Assembly (NCBI GenBank): GCA_032161105.1
Contig: JAVHTD010000002.1
DNA from: Candidatus Thermosaccharophagus tengchongensis
GTDB taxonomy: Bacteria > Armatimonadota > Fervidibacteria > Fervidibacterales > Thermosaccharophagaceae
DNA length: 64,000 nt
Reading direction: 5' to 3' (one strand)
Shown piece by piece: positions 52,971 to 60,809 of this stretch. Both the position numbers and the translations under genes were made by a program. Each line of letters starts with the position of its first letter. Position 1 is the first letter of the stretch. The notes below the pieces were generated by a model. It searched no databases, was not told the origin of the DNA, and saw only the letters and a list, made by a program, of their open reading frames with translations.

Positions 52971-54971
52971 TCACTTCGCTTGCACGGTGATGAGCGAAAA
53001 TTCATACGGCGCGAGCTTGCGTTTCGCTTCACCGAAGTCAGTTTGCACCGATATTGCCGATGCCGACCTTGATGCGTTGAACAGGGCTATGAAGTCACCA
53101 TACCATAGCGCTATCACGCCATCAATCGTTGCGAAGGTGGTAAGCCCTCGCCACATCCTGAATGGAGATATGGCTCGCCGTGTTGAAGGGGCATATCCGG
53201 AGATGTTGAGAGCGACATCCGATGCGATGAGCGCAAAGCCCCTCTCGCCAATCGTTGCTATCGGCAACCACATAACGATGCCGTCACCGATTCGCTTAGC
53301 CAGACTTGTGTATGCCTCTTTCAACACATCGCTTTTTATGTGCGCGACTTGAGTTGCATCTGAGAGAGCTGTAGGGAGTGCCCTTAAGATTTCCGTGCGC
53401 CCAGCGGCATCATTTGTGAGCAGCCTCCTTCCGATGGCGCTTGAGCCAGCTATATCAGTCCACACGCTTTCGGAGCCGATGAGCAACAGTCCGCCCCTCT
53501 CAACCCAACTCAAAATGCGTTCCAGAAGTGTTTGACTGAACACCGATCCAACTGGCACAATTAGCGCTCTGTAGTCCTCAATCGCCCCATCACAGGCAAG
53601 ATGCTCATCAATCAAGTCGCATGGGAGAACATCGCAAATGCTCATCATGCACCTTGCGAAGGCGACCCGCAAGCTTGGATCAATGGCAAGCGAAACACTC
53701 GGAAGGAGCACGGCGACATCGGTCAAATGCCTGCGCTCCGGGATGACAAACTCTCCGTCCAATACCATCTGTAAAAGAGCTTGCAGATTGTTGAAGCTGA
53801 TGGCGACCGAGCTGGGCTGAAGCAAAGCCGAAGTGAAAGCTTGAAACCCGACAGTGCCGCTCCCATCAAGGAGGATGTTTGAGCGCCAATCAGCTGCCGC
53901 ATCATTTGGGCGCAAATCGCAAATCTTATCCACACCGTAAACTTCACACGATGACAGCAGCATGGCTGCATTGATCAATGGCATGTTTGCGTTGACCCTT
54001 ATGAATGCGCCGCCATCGGCGGATATGGCTCTTGCGGTCATGGTCATAAACCAGCTTGCAAACGGCACCGGCGTTGTTGGCACGGCAATGCACAATTTTG
54101 CCCCGGCAAAGGCTTCCCTCATATGGTGCAGAAGTTGGGAGACAAACTGCGCATTCTCAAAACCATACCAGTTGATGAAGTCAATCCAGTGACGCCGCAC
54201 GCCAGATGGGGAGTTAACCACATCCTCGCTGCTTCGCTTTATCGGGTAATCAATCTCTTCCCACGAGGTGTGCTTTGTTCCCCAAGCCTTGTTGAGCGCA
54301 CTCAGTGTGAGATAGCGAGACCTGATGTAACGCACGAATGAAAGCCTTGCGTAGTTGTCGCCACACCAAAAATCGTATGACATCACTTCGTCAGCTTTGA
54401 GTGTGCTCAAAGTTGGCACATCAAGCTGCGGCACATGAATTGTGACCATGCTAACCTTGTCGGCGAAGTGCTTTGAGAGCAGCTTTAGTGCCTTTGCACA
54501 CGCTTGCATCGTCTGCGGAGCAAACGGCGATGGTGATTCTGAAGCCCTTCCGGTTATGACGAGAAGGCTATTTGGCAGCCTCTCATTAACAAGCTTTGGC
54601 AGCTCATCAAGGTTGATTGAGATTGCGCCCGCAATCCCAAGACGCCTTGAATGGCGCACTAACTCGGCAACCTTGTTGAGCGTTGCGGAAACTTCCACCC
54701 CATCATCGTGCGCCCTCAACTCAAACTCAGCTATGCCATCAATCTTCAAACCCTCCAGAGCAAACTCCTTGAGCGTCTCTGCCAACTTCGTTACGCTCGC
54801 CGAATCTGCGGGTAGCTTCACAATTACGCGGATGGCTTTGTGGCTTTCGGAACTTTGCGCAGCATGCATTGCGCTCATCGGAACCAACGGGAGCAGCATT
54901 GACGCCATCAGCCAAATTGAGCGCATCATTGCAAGTCCGAAGTTGCGTGTGGCGTTCATGGCGCACATCAC
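52971..54971 (-). CDS. Exported GH42 (beta-galactosidase)-like protein, divergent
   Basis: Signal-like N-terminus; YIRSRYLTLSALNKAWGT..SWEEI; C-terminal trimerisation-like YRALIVP..WVERGGLL. Confidence 0.55.
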   Translation of the reverse strand: MMCAMNATRNFGLAMMRSIWLMASMLLPLVPMSAMHAAQSSESHKAIRVIVKLPADSASVTKLAETLKEFALEGLKIDGIAEFELRAHDDGVEVSATLNKVAELVRHSRRLGIAGAISINLDELPKLVNERLPNSLLVITGRASESPSPFAPQTMQACAKALKLLSKHFADKVSMVTIHVPQLDVPTLSTLKADEVMSYDFWCGDNYARLSFVRYIRSRYLTLSALNKAWGTKHTSWEEIDYPIKRSSEDVVNSPSGVRRHWIDFINWYGFENAQFVSQLLHHMREAFAGAKLCIAVPTTPVPFASWFMTMTARAISADGGAFIRVNANMPLINAAMLLSSCEVYGVDKICDLRPNDAAADWRSNILLDGSGTVGFQAFTSALLQPSSVAISFNNLQALLQMVLDGEFVIPERRHLTDVAVLLPSVSLAIDPSLRVAFARCMMSICDVLPCDLIDEHLACDGAIEDYRALIVPVGSVFSQTLLERILSWVERGGLLLIGSESVWTDIAGSSAIGRRLLTNDAAGRTEILRALPTALSDATQVAHIKSDVLKEAYTSLAKRIGDGIVMWLPIATIGERGFALIASDVALNISGYAPSTRRAISPFRMWRGLTTFATIDGVIALWYGDFIALFNASRSASAISVQTDFGEAKRKLAPYEFSLITVQAK

Positions 54972-57304
54972 ACCGCCTTTAACTTCACTATCGTAACTCC
55001 AACACCACCCTCACTTGGTGGCGCAAGCTCAAACGATTCCACATGCACATGCTTTTTCAGCAGCTCGTGCACGGCTTGACGGAGCTTGCCCTGCCCCTTT
55101 CCGTGAATTATGCTGACGGATTTGTGCCCGGCTAAAAATGCGTCGTCAAGGAATTTGTCAACGAGCGGGAGAGCCTCTTCCACCGTCTTCCCAATAATGT
55201 TCAATTTGCTCGGTGCAGAGAGCATTTTGCGCATGCGCAGCGCAGCTGCGAATGTCCCTGATTCCGACTTTCGCTCACCATGCGCCGCTTGAACCTCGCT
55301 CATGGGCACCCAAAAGCGCATCCCATCTGCTTCAATGAGCACTTGCTCAGCACTCTCCCTCACATCAATCACAGTCCCATATACCCGTATCTTTGGCACG
55401 AACACTCGCTCACCAACATTGGGCAGGTGAACAGCTTTAGCCCTGCCGTGAGTTTTTGGGGTGAATTCCCGCTTCAACTCTGCAAGGCGCCTGCGGAGCT
55501 TCTCGGTCACCACGCCCTCTTTGGCTTGCCTGCGCATCTCTTTGAGGATGGCTTCAATCTCATCGCTTGCACGCTTGATGATGTGCAATGCTTCCTCTTG
55601 TGCTTGTCTCAACACCAGCTCCCGTTCGTCATTCAGCTTTGCAAGCTCGCTCTCGTAGCGCTCAATGAGCGAGCGCAAGCTTTTTCTCTCTCCCTCAAGA
55701 GCTGCGAGCTCCGCCTCTAACTTGCCCCTTTGTATTTCAACCTCCCTGAGCGCCCTCTCCCATTCGGCAAATTTTGACTCCCTATATCGCTCCGCTTCCT
55801 CAACAACATCGGTTGGCATTCCGAGCCTCCTTGCTATGATGAGCGCGTAACTTGAGCCCGGTGAGCCCATAACGAGCCTGTAAGTTGGTTGCAGTGTTTG
55901 CAAGTCAAACTGCATTGATGCGTTCATGAACTTCGGATGCGCTTGCGCGAACGCTTTTACCTCACCAAGGTGAGTTGTGCAAACCACAACTGCACCGGTT
56001 TCGCACAGCCTCATCAGTATCGCCTTTGCCAGAGCAGCGCCCTCTTCAGGGTCTGTTCCGGCACCGAGTTCGTCAATCAAGAGGAGGGTTCTTTCGTCAG
56101 CTTGTTTAATCATGTTCACTATGTTGAGCACATGCGATGAAAATGAGCTCAAGCTCAGCTCTATGCTTTGCTCTTCACCTATGTCGGCAAACACCTTTTC
56201 AAAGACCCGTATGCGTGAACCCTCCCTCGCCGGTATGTGCATGCCAGACTGCGCCATAAGTGTGAGCAAGCCAACCGTCTTAAGCGTGACGGTTTTACCA
56301 CCCATGTTTGGACCGGTTATGACGAGCACATTGAAATCGCCACCAACATGAACATCAATTGGCACAGCTGCATCACCGAGCAATGGGTGGCGGGCACCAA
56401 GAAGCACCGTTGTTCCGTTTGGGTAAACTTCGGGTTCAACGCACTTCGTCTCACGGGAGAACTCAGCGAGGGCAAACAGCATGTCAATGTGCGCTATGGC
56501 TTGCATCGTCCGTCTGATTTCATGAAGCGAAGCAACCACATCATCAGTTAAGCTGCGCAGTATCCTTTGAACTTCTCTCTCCTCATCCAGTTGCGATTCT
56601 CGCAGCTCATTCCCCAGCTCAACTATGCTTTCCGGTTCAATGAAGAGTGTGAGCCCAGAGGATGACTTGTCATGCACAACGCCTCTTATTGCATGCCTGT
56701 GGGACGATTTGATCGGTATGCAGTATCGCCCACCTCGGAGCGTGACGATTGGCTCCTGAATCACATGTTGCATCCTTGGTTCAGCGAGCAATGCGTGTAG
56801 CCTTCCCAAGATTGCCTCACGCAATGAGCGTATGCGCTCCCTTACATGGCGCAGCCTTTGCGATGCGCCATCAACTACATTCCCCCTTTCATCAATGCAC
56901 GACCGCACTCGTTGAATAAGCCATCTCAAGTCGCTTATCTCCCCGGAGAGGGTTGCCAACGGTTCTGGCAATTCACCGTGCCTCTCAAGCTCAACCTTGA
57001 CATCAAGCGCTGCCGACAGCGATGCAGCAATGGCGAGCAGCTCCTCTGGCTCAAGCAAAGCACCGGAGCTTGCACGCTCAAGTTCGCTGCGGATATCCCT
57101 CACTGCGCCAATTGGTGGTATGCCATTCCTCTCAAGCCATCTTCGCACCGAGGTTGTTTCACCGAGTCGCCTTTTGACTTCATCAAAGCAAGTTGATGGC
57201 TTCAAAGAGGCGATAAGTTCCCTGCCGAAGTTTGTCCGAGCGTGAGAGCAAACCATTCCGACGACTTTATCAAACTCAAGCAAGCTCAACACTTTCTCAT
57301 CCAT
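54968..57304 (-). CDS. mutS2: MutS2 family ATPase with C-terminal Smr domain
   Basis: LEFDKV, ITGPNMGGKT, DIGEEQSI, DELGAGTDP, TTH and IIHGKGQGKLR. Confidence 0.95.
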   Translation of the reverse strand: MDEKVLSLLEFDKVVGMVCSHARTNFGRELIASLKPSTCFDEVKRRLGETTSVRRWLERNGIPPIGAVRDIRSELERASSGALLEPEELLAIAASLSAALDVKVELERHGELPEPLATLSGEISDLRWLIQRVRSCIDERGNVVDGASQRLRHVRERIRSLREAILGRLHALLAEPRMQHVIQEPIVTLRGGRYCIPIKSSHRHAIRGVVHDKSSSGLTLFIEPESIVELGNELRESQLDEEREVQRILRSLTDDVVASLHEIRRTMQAIAHIDMLFALAEFSRETKCVEPEVYPNGTTVLLGARHPLLGDAAVPIDVHVGGDFNVLVITGPNMGGKTVTLKTVGLLTLMAQSGMHIPAREGSRIRVFEKVFADIGEEQSIELSLSSFSSHVLNIVNMIKQADERTLLLIDELGAGTDPEEGAALAKAILMRLCETGAVVVCTTHLGEVKAFAQAHPKFMNASMQFDLQTLQPTYRLVMGSPGSSYALIIARRLGMPTDVVEEAERYRESKFAEWERALREVEIQRGKLEAELAALEGERKSLRSLIERYESELAKLNDERELVLRQAQEEALHIIKRASDEIEAILKEMRRQAKEGVVTEKLRRRLAELKREFTPKTHGRAKAVHLPNVGERVFVPKIRVYGTVIDVRESAEQVLIEADGMRFWVPMSEVQAAHGERKSESGTFAAALRMRKMLSAPSKLNIIGKTVEEALPLVDKFLDDAFLAGHKSVSIIHGKGQGKLRQAVHELLKKHVHVESFELAPPSEGGVGVTIVKLKAV

Positions 57305-57426
57305 GCCTTCCAAACCCTCTCAATTGATGAGATGGTTTAGGCGCAGCCCAAGATGCTTAGCCCTTATGCAAGTAAACATTCGTGTATGACAGCCATGGTA
57401 GAAAGGCAGCAGCTGATATGTCGGCT

Positions 57427-58239
57427 TTAATCCTCAACCCAGTATGCTAACCATCGGGTGTATGGTTCAAGGTCATCATATCGGCTTGGTCGTTCCCATT
57501 GAATTTCAATGTGGCGTGTGAGCCTATGTTGAAGGAGCATTTCAAGTGCTTCAGGGGATAGCTCAACGCCTCTTGGGTTCGTCCCCTTGGGTGGCATTTT
57601 CAAATATCGTTCTCTGCCGAGGAGTTGAAACACTTCCCTTTGGGCACTGACTGGGATGGCAAATAATCCGCCTTTGTCATTCCACCGTATGACAACGATG
57701 AGCAAGTCTGAACGCGGCTCATACTCCCTCACAAAGTTCTCAACCTTTATCCAGTCAACCGTCCAAACGAGCTTTATAGCTGGGATGCTTTTGGATCTTG
57801 CAGTGACAGTCTTGATTGAGACTGGCTTTCCGAAGAGAGTTACATCTGCTTCAGGGAAGTTTGGTGGTGTGTTCACATTAACGGCTGAGCGTCCGAATTT
57901 GTATATCAGCATTGAGATGAGTATCTGTTCCCTGAGCACACCCACCTCCATCCCAACTCTACCAGCACGGGATGCCTGTTGTTCGGCGATGTGAAAAAGC
58001 AGCGGCAGCTTCCGTTTGATTCGCTCGTTGAAAGACTCATCATCAAGCAAACAAGTTATATCACGCTCTTTCGAGCCTATCTTACCGCTGTATGGCGCGG
58101 GCGTTTTATCGCTCGGCTTGTCATAAAATGCCGATGCGGCGTTGAATGATATTCCAAGCAGTAGCGTGAGAAGGACGAGCAACAGGTGGATTTGCATTGG
58201 CTTAGCAATACGCCTGCCTTGCATGTCTGTGGCAATCAT
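57427..58239 (-). CDS. ThaI-family type II restriction endonuclease-like protein with N-terminal signal peptide
   Basis: KLPLLFHIAE..SRAGRVGMEVGVLREQILISMLIYKFG, EADV, VSIKT, KLVWTVD and GTNPRGVE resemble ThaI-family PD-(D/E)xK nucleases as I recall them; RRIAK-LLLVLLTLLLGISF-NAASA leader. Confidence 0.75.
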   Translation of the reverse strand: MIATDMQGRRIAKPMQIHLLLVLLTLLLGISFNAASAFYDKPSDKTPAPYSGKIGSKERDITCLLDDESFNERIKRKLPLLFHIAEQQASRAGRVGMEVGVLREQILISMLIYKFGRSAVNVNTPPNFPEADVTLFGKPVSIKTVTARSKSIPAIKLVWTVDWIKVENFVREYEPRSDLLIVVIRWNDKGGLFAIPVSAQREVFQLLGRERYLKMPPKGTNPRGVELSPEALEMLLQHRLTRHIEIQWERPSRYDDLEPYTRWLAYWVED

Positions 58240-58538
58240 GCCAACCACTCTCCGTTTTGTGCGCTGAGCACAATTTTTAAATGCAACTTGCACCGTTGAA
58301 GTGAATTCGTAAACTGTGGGTTGATGGACTCCAATAGCTTCCTAACGGTTCATTGCCTTCGGCTCAACCAAATAGGGCATGGAAGCGATAAAAGGCGAAT
58401 GCAGTAAAGGTCTCGCACCTAAGCGAGTTCACAGTTACTATCCCTATGGCAGCTTACCTTTGCATGCTACCATTGTAGCTCCAAAAGGATTCGCAGTCAA
58501 CTGCGTGACTCCAGCACTGTTTGAGAGTGGCGATCAAG

Positions 58539-58745
58539 ATGGTTGAGGAGTATGCTTCAAAGTTGAAGGAGATTGCCGATGGTAGGAAGACGGCGAAAGA
58601 TTTCATTGCCGATGAGGTGAAGGAGGAAACATCAACGGTAGGAGAGCTTTTGCGTCTTTTCCGTGAATTGCTGGAGAGGATGGAGCGGTCACATAGAGAG
58701 GAAGGTGGTGAGGGGGAAGAGGGACGACCTTTGACTGAGGTGTAA
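58539..58745 (+). other. Short charged helical ORF, probably a gene fragment
   Basis: Glu/Lys-rich 68-aa ORF with protein-like composition; no motif recognised. Confidence 0.3.
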
Positions 58746-59079
58746 GGGAAGCAAAAGTTGCTATTCGGAGTCGGCGTTACAGATTACAGTCTAAACCCTG
58801 TGGGATGAGTTAAGCTGCTCATGGTTATGTGGTTTGGCGCTCGGTGATTCGGTATCAACCAGTGGCTAAAGCTATAGCATGAGGTGGAATGCGCAGTCCG
58901 TAAATGCTCAATGTATAACTTGCAACGCTAAATGGGCTGTCCATCTCATCGTCCTTAGCCAGTGGTCATTGACGAAAAATTTTGGCACTGAATCCATGTG
59001 GTGATAATGTGCACGGAAATTGGCTTGCGCAGTATTCATACAGGACACAAAATTTTGACACAGGGGTGAATTTTCAGGG

Positions 59080-59340
59080 AGGCGAGAACTCTGGAAGCGG
59101 TCGTTAACTTGCTTGATAGATTTTTGGATTGGCTCTATCGCTGCTTCTTTCGTTGGCGAGAGTTAAGGGGGCTTTACGAAAGCGCTATCGGGCGTGCAAG
59201 AGGCGATGAGGCATTGAAAAGGCAGAGTTGGAAATGTTGAGGCAATGGCTTGAAGATGACGCAAAAACGGTAGGGGCACTGATTGGCATCGGTGGGCAAG
59301 GGAAAACCTACTTGGCGGCAAAGTTTGCAGAAAATGGAAT
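59080..59340 (+). pseudogene. Remnant of a STAND/NB-ARC-type P-loop NTPase
   Basis: ELEMLRQWLEDD..VGALIGIGGQGKTYLAAKF Walker A; the upstream segment is in another frame; the reading frame runs into palindromic repeat DNA. Confidence 0.6.
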
Positions 59341-59469
59341 GCGCCCGAAAGGAAGCGGGCGGATTTTCATCCGCCCATACGAAAATTTCATCATCAACTT
59401 TGGGCTAAAGCCATAGAATGGGGTGCATTACTGCACCAACTTTGTGGTTCACTGCGAAGGGCAAGAAAG

Positions 59470-59554
59470 GTTCGTAGTAAGGCACGAAGCGTTAGCGGAG
59501 TGCCGTGAAAAACAGAAACGCCACTCCACTTTCGTTTCGTGGCTTACTACGAAC
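59470..59554. repeat. Single palindromic element of the same family as the 31733 array
   Basis: GTTCGTAGTAAGGCACGAAGCGTTAGCGGAGTG...CGTGGCTTACTACGAAC. Confidence 0.85.
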
Positions 59555-59617
59555 AAAAGAGGCTCGTAGTGAGTGCCAAAGAAAATGTGTTGCATGAGTG
59601 AATGAAATGAGATGTGC

Positions 59618-59672
59618 GTAGGGGCGCATGAAATGCGCCCGCAAAAAGCGGGCAGATTTCATCTGCCCCTAC
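59618..59672. repeat. GTAG-class REP doublet (REPIN-like)
   Basis: GTAGGGGCGCATGAAATGCGCCCGC-AAAAA-GCGGGCAGATTTCATCTGCCCCTAC; degenerate copy at about 59339-59380. Confidence 0.8.
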
Positions 59673-59847
59673 CGATTCGTTAAAAATGTGCCAGAAAGAA
59701 ACGGCAGAAACGCTCAACCAACAACTCACAACGCTCAAAGCATCGCATCATCCATGCCACTGGCTTTAGCCAGTGGTTGATGACGAAGCTTATGAGCGCC
59801 AATGGCAGCAATGCTAAAATTCATGGTGGAGTATAAACCTTGTCCTT

Positions 59848-60405
59848 GTGAGTAAGGGGGGACATTTCTCATGGTGCTCGGAGGAGGGTGAAACTCAACT
59901 TGCTCCGATTAAGCCGAGATTGCTTGTCGTTGACGATGTGCCCGATTTTTTGGAAGCGCTAAAGGAAAACTATCCAGAATGGGAATGGCATTATGCAGCG
60001 ACGGTGGAAGAAGCGGAAGAAGTTATTGAGCGAGAGAGACCGCATTTGGTTTTGATTGACACATGCCAAAGCGTTGAAAATCCGATGGATGTGAAAGGGT
60101 TGGAGATTTTGCGCCAACTGAAGAACCGTTTCCCACAGCAGGAGATGGTTATGGTGACATCTCAACCAGTTGGATTTGAGGAGACCAGAGAAGCATTCCG
60201 CAGCGGCGCCTACGATTACTTGTGGAAACCGCCAGAGGAATCCATCCTTAGGCAAATCGTGAGGCTTTTAGTGGAGCGAGAGGAGCAGGAGCGAAAACTG
60301 GCTTACCAGCAAACTTTGCTCAAGCGCTATTGGTTGGGTTACGAAATTCAAGTTGAGCCAGAACGGGCTGAAGTGATTTACAAAACACCAAGTTCTCCTG
60401 CCTAA
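59848..60405 (+). CDS. Response regulator receiver-domain protein, possibly a fragment
   Basis: LLVVDD, LVLID, MVTS and YDYLWKP; no output domain recognised. Confidence 0.7.
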   Translation: MSKGGHFSWCSEEGETQLAPIKPRLLVVDDVPDFLEALKENYPEWEWHYAATVEEAEEVIERERPHLVLIDTCQSVENPMDVKGLEILRQLKNRFPQQEMVMVTSQPVGFEETREAFRSGAYDYLWKPPEESILRQIVRLLVEREEQERKLAYQQTLLKRYWLGYEIQVEPERAEVIYKTPSSPA

Positions 60406-60809
60406 GGCTGTAGAAATGGCTTTAGCCACAAGTGAGCTTTGCATGCTTTTGTTCTGCAGATTTTTGTCAACCCTCTGTAATGCAAATTTTCAGTCTGCCT
60501 GTGCGAACCAAAACATGTGCTATATTTACCCGAACGAAAGATTAGCCTTGGCATTCAGCCGCACAGCACTCCCACCCTGCATCAAAGGAAAAGGAAGAAG
60601 CCAAAGAGGGTATAGTTGAATTTGAGGGGCGAATTTTCAATAGGGAGGCTAAAAAGGTGCATGGGTGAAATTTTGCGATGGTGCACGGGAAAATGCTTCT
60701 ACGCCAAATTTTACTTGGCTTGATGAAGACACCAGTAGTGCCATGGTATGGCGTGAAGGTTGAAGCCTATCAGCGTCTGTGAACAACTTGGTGGTGGGTG
60801 AAGACCAAA

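Larger units (their letters stand above)
59391..59783. mobile_element. MITE-like segment bounded by imperfect 23-bp inverted repeats, with nested REP-like elements
   Basis: TCATCAACTTTGGGCTAAAGCCA at 59391 versus the reverse complement of 59761-59783 (19/23 match); related arms at 58854 and 58955. Confidence 0.45.

Noticed and set aside
865..57245. Long antisense ORFs (e.g. 865-1404, 4459-5067, 10801-11445, 34215-34964, 45234-46034)
   Set aside because: They lie opposite well-supported genes and show no recognisable motifs
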